A stretch of 64,000 bases of DNA, taken from the NCBI RefSeq assembly GCF_035084215.1, contig NC_090361.1:1426001-1490000 (forward strand), read 5' to 3'. The DNA comes from Heptranchias perlo (taxonomy: Eukaryota). Position 1 is the first letter of the stretch; every line of letters begins with the position of its first letter. Of the stretch, positions 25,497 to 37,481 are shown in pieces. The notes below the pieces were generated by a model. The model worked only from the letters and a program-made list of their open reading frames with translations. It was not told the DNA's origin and made no database searches. Position numbers and translations under genes: made by a program.

Positions 25497-26699
25497 CGAG
25501 ACCTGCTCGAGCTGGCCGATTTGTTCGGGTTCCTCTGGGACAGTGTAGGAGGGACCGACAGTCTGTCCCACCATCACCGGGACTGCAGGTGGTCTCGGGA
25601 CCCTCCGTAAGAACCCCTGCTAACGTCATGTGACTGCAGCCATCCCCACCTCGTATTTCCTAATGCATTAAATTCCTATTGAATGAGACGCTGACACATA
25701 TATTAATATTCTTCGTGTCGGTTTCTTGAATCTCTTGTTCTGCGTGTGACGGCGGCAGATTCTGATGATGCTGAAAATGTGGTTGACGGACAGACTCTCG
25801 GGGCAGGAATAGGCCCCTGGCCGGAGCCATGGTTTACATTCGAGTCTCGATGCCGTGATCTGCGGCAGTTCGACCCTCACCAATTCAGGACCCACTGATT
25901 CTGGTGCTTTGTTGATGAGAACAGAACGCACATTTTAAACAAAATTACTCAGATAATGCAATTCTGCCCCCAATTTCTCTCCTCTGTTCCAGGGTGGGCG
26001 AGGGACCCATCACTGGGGTGACCCAGGCAGTGCTAGGCCACTCACTGAAACCTGCAGGAAACACTGGCTGAATGTTGTTGGCAGAGTTTCTGTCCGATGT
26101 CTAGGCTGTTTTTTGCTGGGGTGAGAGGCTCTTTCCAAGATCCCCACGTGTGGGTGAACGGACAGACTGCAAAGTTCCCCATGGTCATTGAAGCCACCGC
26201 ACTCCACAGAGCAGGGCGCAGTCTCATCGCAAACACCCAGTGCAAAACATGAATACCCTCCCCCCTCCCTCTCCTTCCTTCCCCCCCCAACCCCCCCTCC
26301 TGAAGGTGTTGCCTGTTGCAGGGTTTGGTTCCTGGGTCTCTGCTCTGTAAGTCCCTCCAGTGGCATGGTACAGATTGAGAGTAGTGTGGGGCCTGGATTC
26401 TAGGCACCAACTCCTTGCTTAGCCTGAATGTCCCTACCGTGGCTTGGTGTAATTATCCAGAACCGGGAAGCCTGGGCTTCGTCCCTGGCCTGTGCTGATC
26501 TCAGCCCGGATACATTTGGCCTCTGTGCCCCTGGGCTAAGGAGGTGAAAGAAATCAGCCAGAGTTCCTGCTCCTGATCTCCATCCAAACACACCCATGGG
26601 GGGCGCCGCACTTGGCCCTGTCTTTGCCCAATATTCACACCCGCACTTTGGAGCAGGCATCACAGGACAGTGAGTGGGAGCAGGACCCCTCGTTCCCCT

Positions 26700-27190
26700 T
26701 GGCCTTGGGCAGCGCTCTCACCTCAGAGTCAGAAGGTCGTGGGTTCACGCCCCACTCCAGAGACTGAGGGAGCTGTTAAACCGAGGCCCCATCTGCCTTC
26801 TCCAGTGGATGCAAAAGATCCCACGGCCACTATTCAAAGAGCAGAGGAGTTCAATAATAACTTTCAAACGGGAATTGGATAAATACTTGAAAAGGAGAAA
26901 TTTTCAGGGCTATGGGGAACGAGCAGGGGGAGTGAGGCTAATTGGATAGCTCTTTCAAAGAGCCGGCACAGGCACGATGGGCTGAATGGCCTCTTATGCT
27001 GTATTATTCTCCCTGGTGTCCTGGCCAATATTTATCCCTCAACCAACATAGCTAAAACAGATTCTTTGGTTGACCTCGCTGTGCGCAAATTGGTTGCTGC
27101 ATTTACTACATTACAACTGTGACTACATTTGAAAATTGCTTTCTTTGGGACATCCTGAGGTTGTGAAAGGCGCTATATAAATGCAAGTTC
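26700..27190 (+). mobile_element. SacSINE1-like SINE interrupted by a CR1 3' tail (~26853-27008)
   Basis: SINE sequence agagcagaggagttc|...|tccctggtgtcctggcc is split by FKRELDKYL...ggctgaatggcctc. Confidence 0.8.
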
Positions 27191-27524
27191 TTTTTCTGTT
27201 CCGCTTGTTGTGACCTGTTCATTTACTGGATAAATGCCCTGTATTCTTGAAGGATGGGTTTCTTTGGTCCTCTTGAGATCGAGAGTTGGTCAGCTTTTAT
27301 ACTGATTTTGCTGACCGAATGGCCAGTGACTGCACAGGCGAGTTTGCACGTTCCCCCGTGAGGTGAGTGCCCTATCTCGGTCCCACAGGGCAGGAACTCT
27401 CTGGAGGCCCAGTCAGCCTTGGCAGTGTTTACTGTTCCCACAGAGCAGAGGCTGGGGGTGACTCACCTGTTTATTAAAAAGGGGACCAGAAATGATGTAT
27501 AAATGGGAATATATTATAAATTAA

Positions 27525-27530
27525 AATAAA
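27525..27530 (+). other. FBXW9: Candidate FBXW9 polyadenylation signal
   Basis: AATAAA in an AT-rich context followed by GU-rich ttgttgtgtttt. Alternatives: ATTAAA ~25667 and AATAAA ~28223. Confidence 0.45.
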
Positions 27531-28492
27531 ATATTTGAATGGATTGTTGTGTTTTCAGAGTTCGCCCCAACTATATTCAAGACCTCCGAACGCAATTGTC
27601 TGACTCCTGGGGAGGGGGAAGAGTGGGGACAGTCGCTGCTTGTGCCCGGCGCCCGTGAGCCGTGCTCTGTGCCCGGCGCCCGTGGGCCGTGCTCTGTGCC
27701 CGGCGCCCGTGGGCCGTGCTCTGTGGGCCGTGCTCTGTGGGCGGCACGCGGTGCCTGCAAGCTGCTCCTGGGATACCCCTTCACTGTAGAGGCTGAAATA
27801 CTGAGCTGTGAAAAGTCAGGTTTTAAATGGGGAGACCCAGCAGTGTTAGGATCACGTCCTCTAATCTCTGGGCTGGGAGTTTGCTGGAAGTGGGGCCTGT
27901 ACGACGGCCAACCATTATCTTGCATCAGTCATAACCCCAGCTTGACCCGTCATTGCAGAGGAGACAGCGTTAGGAGGGATTTTAAGTTTATGCAAATGGG
28001 AGCAGGAAGTTGCAAAGGGACTGTGGCAGATTAAGTGAGTGGGCAAAACTGTGGCAAACGAAGTTTACAGTGGGAAAGTGTGAGGTCATCCAGTTGGGAC
28101 CGAGGGTCTTTAACGGCTGTGTGTGGAACAGAGAGTCCCTGAGCTGCCTTCCTTTATCGGGCTCTGTGGCAGAGAGAAGCTGTATTTGGTCGTTTGTGTT
28201 ACTCTGTCCTGTGATCCTGAGAAATAAAAATGTATAGACAGAGAATGAGGGGACGTTTCAAATGGATATAAATGGTGTTCCCCATCCTGCTGGTTGGTCT
28301 CCTTGCCCATCGGTGTCAGTGGCTGCCCAGGAACGAGACATCGAGTTAGGGTAATTCCTCACTCTGCTTCTCTCCCTGTGCACTGGTACTGCCCAGAGCT
28401 CATCGTGTGGGGGTGTTCCAGCTCACTAGCCCCTGACCTGTTGCTGTGTCTCACTCCCAGGGCCCTTCCTACGCCTAATCATATTGTGTCAG

Positions 28493-29165
28493 GCGTGGCT
28501 CAGTGGGCAGCACTCACGTCTCTGAGTCAGGAGGTTGTGGGTTCAAGTCCCACTCCCAGAAACTTGAGCCCATAATCCAAACTGACACTCCCAGTGCATT
28601 AGTGAGGGAGGGCCGCGCCTTCGGAGGGGCGGTGCCGAGGGAGCGCCGGTGCCGAGGGAGGGCCGCGCCGTCGGAGGGGCGGTGCCGAGGGAGGGCCGCG
28701 GTGCCGAGGGAGCGCCGCGCCGTCGGAGGGGCGGTGCCGAGGGAGGGCCGCGCCGTCGGAGGGGCGGTGCCGAGGGAGGGCCGCGCCGTCGGAGGGGCGG
28801 TGCCGAGGGAGGGCCGCGCCGTCGGAGGGGCGGTGCCGAGGGAGGGTCGGTGCCAAGGGAGGGCCGCACCGTCAGAGGTGCTGTCTTTTGGATGTGAAGC
28901 CCTAATGTGAAAGATCCTATGGCACTATTTTGAAGAGCAGGGGAGTTCTCCCTGGTGTCCTGGCCAATAATGATCGCCCAACCAACACCTAAAACAGATT
29001 ATCTGGTCACTTATCTCATTGCTGTTTGTGGGATCTTGCTGTGCGCAAATTGGTTGCTGTGTTTCCTACATTACAACAGTGACTACACTTCAAAAGCACT
29101 TAATTGGCTGCAAAGCACTTTGGGACATCCTGAGGATGTGAAAGGTGCTATATAAATGCAAGTTT
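28493..29165 (+). mobile_element. Full-length SacSINE1-like SINE with an internal GC-shifted 33-bp array (~28605-28880)
   Basis: tRNA-like head with A box (tggctcagtggg) and B box (ggttcaagtcc), conserved body, tail aaaggtgctatataaatgcaagtt. Confidence 0.88.
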
Positions 29166-29884
29166 GTTCTTTTTTCCTTTGTTTTTCTCCAGTTTGCAGC
29201 TTATTCCTTGGTTAGAAGTGGGCCGTACGGTTAGTGACCTTTCCTCTGATGGTGGTCTCTCTTCCTTTAGTGTTGCAGAGGTTCTCCGCTTAATACTTCT
29301 CTCAGACTCCCCACCCCGAACACCAGCCTACAGAGTCACACGGTCCTTTAAATGTTTCCGGTTTACGGTGAATTTGCAGTCATTTGATTGAGGAATATAA
29401 AATCTGGATTAGATTGCTGGAGAATGGACTGGTCATCAGGCAAGGCGACCCCTCGCTCCCTGCTCTAAGCTGCTTGCTCTGCCCATCCCCATCCCCATCC
29501 CCATCCCCTCTCTCACTGCCGGTCATTTTAAATCTGCTTCATTGTTTATTAAACTTTCCACAGGGGAGGGGGATGTTGGTGTAAATTGTGTTTATAATAC
29601 GGGGAGGGAGTAGAACGGTAATTTGCCTCATCCGCTGCCTCCCGTCATCACCGCCACTAACACGGGAAATGGAATCGGACAGACAGACGAGGCAGGTTGT
29701 GAAATGTACAGAAGCTGTTTAATTTTCAAGAATCATTTGCACCAAAATTGGTGACGGGGGGAGGCTGATCTCTTCCTCCCCCCTCCCAGCCTGTCCCTGA
29801 GGGGCGGGGGGGGGGGGAGACAGGTGATTAATGACACCGTCTCCTGTAATGTGACTGATGAGAAATGAAACTTGTAGTTAGTAT

Positions 29885-32050
29885 GTGGATGGCTGGGCTG
29901 TGAGTTTAGTTTAGTTTGGGGGGGGGGTGATGCTGGGCTGTGAGTTTAGTTTAGTTTGGGGGGGGGTTGATGCTGGGCTGCGGGTTTAGTTTAGTTTGGG
30001 GGGGGGGTGATGCTGGGCTGCGAGTTTAGTTTAGTTTGGGGGGGGGGGTGATGCTGGGCTGCGAGTTTAGTTTAGTTTGGGGGGGGGGTGATGCTGGGCT
30101 GCGAGTTTAGTTTAGTTTGGGGGGGGGGTGATGCTGGGCTGCGGGTTTAGTTTAGTTTGGGGGGGGGGTGATGCTGGGCTGCGGGTTTAGTTTAGTTTGG
30201 GGGGGGGGTGATGCTGGGCTGCGAGTTTAGTTTAGTTTGGGGGGGGGGTGATGCTGGGCTGCGGGTTTAGTTTAGTTTGGGGGGGGGGTGATGCTGGGCT
30301 GCGGGTTTAGTTTAGTTTGGGGGGGGGGGTGATGCTGGGCTGCGAGTTTAGTTTAGTTTGGGGGGGGGGTGATGCTGGGCTGCGGGTTTAGTTTAGTTTG
30401 GGGGGGGGGTGATGCTGGGCTGCGGGTTTAGTTTAGTTTGGGGGGGGGGTGATGCTGGGCTGCGAGTTTAGTTTGGGGGGGGGTGATGCTGGGCTGCGAG
30501 TTTAGTTTAGTTTGGGGGGGGGTGATGCTGGGCTGCGAGTTTAGTTTGGGGGGGGGTGATGCTGGGCTGCGGGTTTAGTTTGGGGGGGGGGTGATGCTGG
30601 GCTGCGGGTTTAGTTTAGTTTGGGGGGGGGGTGATGCTGGGCTGCGAGTTTAGTTTGGGGGGGGGGTGATGCTGGGCTGCGGGTTTAGTTTGGGGGGGGG
30701 GTGATGCTGGGCTGCGGGTTTAGTTTGGGGGGGGGGTGATGCTGGGCTGCGGGTTTAGTTTAGTTTGGGGGGGGGGTGATGCTGGGCTGCGGGTTTAGTT
30801 TGGGGGGGGGGTGATGCTGGGCTGCGAGTTTAGTTTGGGGGGGGGGTGATGCTGGGCTGCGTGTTTAGTTTGGGGGGGGGGTGATGCTGGGCTGCGTGTT
30901 TAGTTTGGGGGGGGGTGATGCTGGGCTGCGTGTTTAGTTTAGTTTGGGGGGGGGTGATGCTGGGCTGCGAGTTTAGTTTGGGGGGGGGTGATGCTGGGCT
31001 GCGAGTTTAGTTTGGGGGGGGGTGATGCTGGGCTGCGTGTTTAGTTTAGTTTGGGGGGGGGTGATGCTGGGCTGCGAGTTTAGTTTGGGGGGGGGTGATG
31101 CTGGGCTGCGTGTTTAGTTTAGTTTGGGGGGGGGTGATGCTGGGCTGCGGGTTTAGTTTGGGGGGGGGTGATGCTGGGCTGCGAGTTTAGTTTGGGGGGG
31201 GGTGATGCTGGGCTGCGTGTTTAGTTTAGTTTGGGGGGGGGGTGATGCTGGGCTGCGAGTTTAGTTTAGTTTGGGGGGGGGGTGATGCTGGGCTGCGAGT
31301 TTAGTTTAGTTTGGGGGGGGGGTGATGCTGGGCTGCGGGTTTAGTTTGGGGGGGGGTGATGCTGGGCTGCGAGTTTAGTTTGGGGGGGGGTGATGCTGGG
31401 CTGCGGGTTTAGTTTGGGGGGGGGTGATGCTGGGCTGCGGGTTTAGTTTGGGGGGGGGTGATGCTGGGCTGCGAGTTTAGTTTGGGGGGGGGTGATGCTG
31501 GGCTGCGTGTTTAGTTTAGTTTGGGGGGGGGTGATGCTGGGCTGCGGGTTTAGTTTAGTTTGGGGGGGGGTGATGCTGGGCTGCGAGTTTAGTTTAGTTT
31601 GGGGGGGGGGTGATGCTGGGCTGCGGGTTTAGTTTGGGGGGGGGGTGATGCTGGGCTGCGTGTTTAGTTTAGTTTGGGGGGGGGGTGATGCTGGGCTGCG
31701 AGTTTAGTTTAGTTTGGGGGGGGGTGATGCTGGGCTGCGAGTTTAGTTTAGTTTGGGGGGGGGTGATGCTGGGCTGCGTGTTTAGTTTAGTTTGGGGGGG
31801 GGTGATGCTGGGCTGCGAGTTTAGTTTAGTTTGGGGGGGGGGTGATGCTGGGCTGCGAGTTTAGTTTAGTTTGGGGGGGGGGTGATGCTGGGCTGCGGGT
31901 TTAGTTTGGGGGGGGGTGATGCTGGGCTGCGAGTTTAGTTTAGTTTGGGGGGGGGGTGATGCTGGGCTGCGAGTTTAGTTTAGTTTGGGGGGGGGGTGAT
32001 GCTGGGCTGCGAGTTTAGTTTGGGGGGGGGTGATGCTGGGCTGCGAGTTT
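29885..32050. repeat. About 2.1-kb minisatellite, 35-41 bp unit, roughly 55 copies, just downstream of the GNG stop codon
   Basis: Unit tgatgctgggctgcg(a/g/t)gtttagtt(tagtt)t followed by G9-G11. Confidence 0.97.
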
Positions 32051-32063
32051 GCCCCAAGTGAAG

Positions 32064-35000
32064 CTACAATATGGAGCAGGGCTTCTTGTCCTTGAAGGGA
32101 TTCTCTGAGGTTGGGATTCCTGTCAGCAGCGGGTCGCTCGTTGTCTGCTCCTCACAGTAGAGCATCAGGTCCATCGCGGCCTTTGAAATCTGGGGACAAG
32201 AGGAGAGAGTTAGCAGAACGGGAGTGAGTGAGGGAGTGATTACAGCATGAGGGAACGACGAGTGAGAGTTAACCCAGCCTAATGGGGGAGTGACATTTCC
32301 CCCTCGAGCCAGGGCTACTGACCTTCCCTTTTCATTGACAAAAACTTATGTTTCTTACAGAGATTGTTCCTAAAATATAAAGATATTTCTGCCAGTAAAC
32401 GACGACGTGGGGAATTTCACTCAAGCCCCAATTTATTTCTCACCGTTTCTTGTGAGAAATGAAACATGAATAAGGAAGATTATAAAAGATTATAAAACTT
32501 TTAAAACTTTTAATCTTTTGACAATTTTTTCCCGGATTAAAATTAAAGCAAGACCGAGACTGGGACCAGGGCTCGCTGAAACTGAGCCTAATCCCACACG
32601 GAGAGAGAGCAGAACAGCTTCACTTTTGCTCGAGTAGTTTTAATTTATAATTATTTTTTTAAACAAAGCTCCTTTTCCTACAGAATTACTCCCCCCTCGG
32701 GCTATTCTTTGACCCCTTGACCTCCCCCTGCCCTCGGGCTATTTGACCCCTTGACCTCCCCATGCTAAATCTCTTGATCAGTCAGCAACTCTGAAGCTAA
32801 TCTGGTTCACTAATGTCCTTTAGGGAAGGAAACCTGCCGTCCTTACCCGGTCTGGCCTAAATGTGACTCCAGACCCACAGCAATGTGGTTGATTCTTAAT
32901 TGCCCTCTGAAATGGCCAAGCAAGCCACTCAGTTGTACAATCTCGCTACAAAAAGTCATAATAAGAATAAAACCGGACGGACCACCCGGCATCAGACCAC
33001 TAGGCACCGGACACGACAAAGGCAAACCAAGCCCTGTTGAAGTCCTCCGCACTAACACCTGGGGACTTGTGCCAAAATTGGGAGAGCTGTCCCACAGACT
33101 AGTCAAGCAACAGCCTGACATAGCCATACTCACAGAATCATATCTTTCAGCCAACGTCCCAGACTCTTCCATCACCATCCCTGGGTATGTCCTGTCCCAC
33201 CGGCAGGACAGACCCACCAGAGGTGGTGGTACAGTGATATTCAGTCAGGAGGGAGTGGCCCTGGGAGTCCTCAACATTGACTCTGGACCCCATGAAATCT
33301 CATGGCATCAGGTCAAACATGGGCAAGGAAACCTCCTGCTGATTACCACCTACCGCCCTCCCTCAGCTGATGAATCAGTCCTCCTCCATGTTGAGCACCA
33401 CTTGGAGGAAGCACTGAGGGTAGCAAGGGCACAGAATGTACTCTGGGTGGGGGACTTCAATGTCCATCACCAAGAGTGGCTTGGTAGCACCACTACTGAC
33501 CGAGCTGGCCAAGTCCTGAAGGACATAGCTGCCAGACTGGGCCTGTGGCGAGCGAACCCACACGAGGGAAAAACCTACTTGACCTCGTCCTCACCAATCT
33601 ACCTGTCACAGATGCATCTGTCCATGACAGTATTGGTAGGAGTGACCACCGCACAGTCCTCGTGGAGACGAAGTCCCGTCTTCGCACTGAGGACACCATC
33701 CAATGTGTTGTGTGGCACTACCACCGTGCTAAATGGGATAGATTCAGAACAGATCTAACAGCTCAAAACTGGGCATCCATGAGGCGCTGTGGGCCATCAG
33801 CAGCAGCAGAATTGTATTCCAGCACAATCTGTAACCTCATGGCCTGGCATATTCCTCACTCTACCATTACCAATAAGCCAGGGGATCAACCCTGGTTTAA
33901 TGAGGAGTGTAGAAGAGCATGCCAGGAGCAGCACCAGGAGTACCGAAAAATGAGGTGCCAACCTGGTGAAGCTACAACTCAGGACTACATGCATGCTAAA
34001 CAGCGAAAGCAACATGCTATAGACAGAGCTAAGCGATTCCACAACCAACGGATCAGATCAAAGCTCTGCAGTCCTGCCACATCCAGTCGTGAATGGTGGT
34101 GGACAATTAAACAACTAATGGGAGGAGGAGGCTCTGCAAACATCCCCATTCTCAATGATGGCAGAGTCCAGCACGTGAGTGCAAAAGACAAGGCTGAAGC
34201 ATTTGCAACCATCTTCAGCCAGAAGTGCCGAGTGGATGATCCATCTCGGCCTCCTCCCGATATCCCCACCATCACAGAAGCCAGTCTTCAGCCAATTCGA
34301 TTCAGTCCACGTGATATCAAGAAACGGCTGAGTGCACTGGATACAGCAAAGGCTATGGGCCCCGACAACATCCCGGCTGTACTGCTGAAGTCATGTGCTC
34401 CAGAACTAGCTGCGCCTCCAGCCAAGCTGTTCCAGTACAGCTACAACACTGGCATCTACCAGACAATGTGGAAAATTGCCCAGGTATGTCCTGTCCACAA
34501 AAAGCAGGACAAATCCAATCCGGCCAATTACCGCCCCATCAGTCTACTCGATCATCAGCAAAGTGATGGAAGGTGTCGTCGACAGTGCTATCAAGCGGCA
34601 CTTACTCACCAATAACCTGCTCATTGATGCTCAGTTTGGGGTCCGCCAGGACCACTCGGCTCCAGACCTCATTACAGCCTTGGTCCAAACATGGACAAAA
34701 GAGCTGAATTCCAGAGGTGAGTTGAGAGTGACTGCCCTTGACATCAGGGCAGCATTTGACCGAGTGTGGCACCAAGGAGCCCTAGTAAAATTGAAGTTAA
34801 TGGGAATCAGGGGGCAAACTCTCCAGTGGCTGGAGTCATACCTAGCACAAAGGAAGATGGTAGTGGTTGTTGGAGGCCAATCATCTCAGCCCCAGGACAT
34901 TGCTGCAGGAGTTCCTCAGGGCAGTGTCCTAGGCCCAACCATCTTCAGCTGCTTCATCAATGACCTTCCCTCCATCATAAGGTGAGGAATGGGGATGTTC

Positions 35001-36003
35001 GCTGATGATTGCACAGTGTTCAGTTCCATTCGCAAGCCCTCAGATAATGAAGCAGTCCGAGCCTGCATGCAGCAAGACCTGAACAACATCCAGGCTTGGG
35101 CTTATAAGTGGCAAGTAACATTCGCGCCAGACAAATGCCAGGCAATGACCATCTCCAACAAGGGAGAGTCTAACCACCTCCCCTTGACATTCAACGGCAT
35201 TACCATCGCCGAATCCCCCACCATCAACATCCTGGGGGTCACCATTGACCGGAAACTTAACTGGACCAGCCATATAAATACTGTGTCTACAAGAGTAGGT
35301 CAGAGGCTGGGTATTCTGTGGCGAGTGACTCACCTCCTGACTCCCCAAAGCCTTTCCACCATCTACAAGACACAAGTCAGGAGTGTGATGGAATACTATC
35401 CACTTGCCTGGATGAGTGCAGCTCCAACAACACTCAAGAAGCTCGACACCATCCAAGACAAAGCAGCCCGCTTGATTGGCACCCCATCCACCACCCTAAA
35501 CATTCACTCCCTTCACCACCGACGTACAGTGGCTGCAGTGTGCACCATCCACAGGATGCACTGCAGCAACTCGCCAAGGCTTCTTCAACAGCACCTCCCA
35601 AACCCGCAACCTCTACCACCTGGAAGGACAAGGGCAGCAGGCACATGGGAACAACACCACCTGCACGTTCCCCTCCAAGTCACACACCATCCCGACTTGG
35701 AAATATATTGCCGTTCCTTCATCGTCGCTGGGTCAAAATCCTGGAACTCCCTTCCTAACAGCACTGTGGGAGAACCTTCACCACACGGACTGCAGCGGTT
35801 CAAGAAGGCGGCTCACCATCACCTTCTCAAGGGCAATTCGGGATGGGCAATAAATGCTGGCCTCGCCAGCGACGCCCACATCCCATGAATAAATTTAAAA
35901 AAACACTGACCTGAATCCTCTCAATCCCGGCCTCAGTCTGTAATTGTTCCACTGCCTTCCGGGCCTGAGCTATGGTATTTGTGATGACAGCTTTTGTTGA
36001 CAT
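32064..36003 (-). CDS. GNG14: G-protein gamma subunit, 72 aa (GNG12-like; GNG14 by synteny): complement join(35911..36003, 32064..32189)
   Basis: [31 protein letters not shown]|[41 protein letters not shown] has the GGL hallmarks DPLL and NPF and a CAAX box. The phase-0 intron is at the family position. Family identity is firm; the symbol rests on the position between FBXW9 and DHPS. Confidence 0.88.
32800..35903 (+). mobile_element. About 3.1-kb APE-RT non-LTR retrotransposon with nearly complete coding region, antisense in the GNG intron
   Basis: ORFs 32883-33758 (ILTESYL, GDFNVHH), 33545-34615 (LDLVLT, SDH, GPDNIP, NYRPISL), 34476-34985 ([15 protein letters not shown]) and 34989-35888 (FADD). 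Two frameshifts (~33548, ~34549), one in-frame TGA (34983-34985), A-rich tail. Distinct from the CR1 family elsewhere in the window; clade not assigned. Confidence 0.92.
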
Positions 36004-36391
36004 TTTATGACGGGTCCTGTTATATCCCAACAACAGCCAAGGAACTAAAGTAAGAAAAAACAGAGATAAACAAGAGGGGAGGCACCAGACCCTGAAATTC
36101 AGAGAACAAATGGAGGAGTCGCTCCACAAATCACCGCCCAATAATTCAGCAAACACCACAGGATTTGTTGGAAACACAGCCCCAGAATAGTAAGAAACGG
36201 GGATCTCAGCCCCAACGGGGAGTGTTGGGTTTGATCCCACTCGGCACTGAGCTGAGCCGCAACAAGAGGTGGAGGAGGGAAAGCTGCACAGGGTCAACCA
36301 ATACAGGCGGTAACTCGAGCTCCAGAGGGTGGCGTCATCGCACAACTGGCTGTCAATTCCAGACAGACCGAAAAATAGGGAGCAAGTAAGA

Positions 36392-36612
36392 TTGACCCCG
36401 GTCGCTCAGTGTCCAGTCCTGGCCGTTGACCCCGGTCGCTCGGTGTCCAGTCCTGGCCGTTGACCCCGGTCGCTCGGTGTCCGCTCCTGGCCGTTGACCC
36501 CGGTCGCTCGGTGTCCAGTCCTGGCCGTTGACCCCGGTCGCTCGGTGTCCAGTCCTGGCCGTTGACCCCGCGGGGTCGCTCAGTGGCCAGTCCTGGCCGT
36601 TGACCCTGGTCG
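36392..36612. repeat. 34-bp tandem repeat, about 6 copies
   Basis: Unit ttgaccccggtcgctcggtgtccagtcctggccg. Confidence 0.9.
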
Positions 36613-36769
36613 CTTTCCCTTTTTCAACCATGGACCATAATTTTCTGATAGCGGGAGAGTGAAGGGGCAAGACTGAACCAGGCAAGAGGTAATGTTGATG
36701 TGTTTAACTTTCGAGCTCTCTGCAAACTGTTTCCACTGGCAGGAGGATCGGTAACCAGAGGACACAGAT

Positions 36770-37481
36770 TTGAGGGAGTGCTGCCCTGTCGGAGGGTCAG
36801 TACTGAGGGAGCGCTGCCCTGTCGGAGGGTCAGTACTGAGGGAGCGCTGCCCTGTCGGAGGGTCAGTACTGAGGGAGCGCTGCCCTGTCGGAGGGTCAGT
36901 ACTGAGGGAGCGCTGCCCTGTCGGAGGGTCAGTACTGAGGGAGCGCTGCCCTGTCGGAGGGTCAGTACTGAGGGAGCGCTGCCCTGTCGGAGGGTCAGTA
37001 CTGAGGGAGCGCTGCCCTGTCGGAGGGTCAGTACTGAGGGAGCGCTGCCCTGTCGGAGGGTCAGTACTGAGGGAGCGCTGCCCTGTCGGAGGGTCAGTAC
37101 TGAGGGAGCGCTGCCCTGTCGGAGGGTCAGTACTGAGGGAGCGCTGCCCTGTCGGAGGGTCAGTACTGAGGGAGCACTGCCCTGTCGGAGGGTCAGTACT
37201 GAGGGAGCGCTGCCCTGTCGGAGGGTCAGTCCTGAGGGAGCGCTGCCCTGTCGGAGGGGCAGTCCTGAGGGAGCGCTGCCCTGTCGGAGGGGCAGTCCTG
37301 AGGGAGCGCTGCACTGTCGGAGGGTCAGTCCTGAGGGAGCGCTGCCCTGTCGGAGGGTCAGTCCTGAGTGAGCGCTGCCCTGTCGGAGGGTCAGTCCTGA
37401 GGGAGCGCTGCCCTGTCGGAGGGTCAGTCCTGAGGGAGCGCTGCCCTGTCGGAGGGGCAGTACTGAGGGAGCACTGCCCTG
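36770..37481. repeat. 33-bp SINE-derived minisatellite, about 21 copies
   Basis: Unit tgagggagcgctgccctgtcggagggtcagtac; reverse complement of the 13652 array. Confidence 0.96.

Noticed and set aside
28493-28560. tRNA gene
   Set aside because: A and B boxes belong to a SINE head that continues into the SINE body; no complete cloverleaf.
29885-32050. Interstitial telomere or multimeric Quaking sites
   Set aside because: No TTAGGG hexamers, and the transcribed motif is ACUAAAC, not the ACUAAY consensus.
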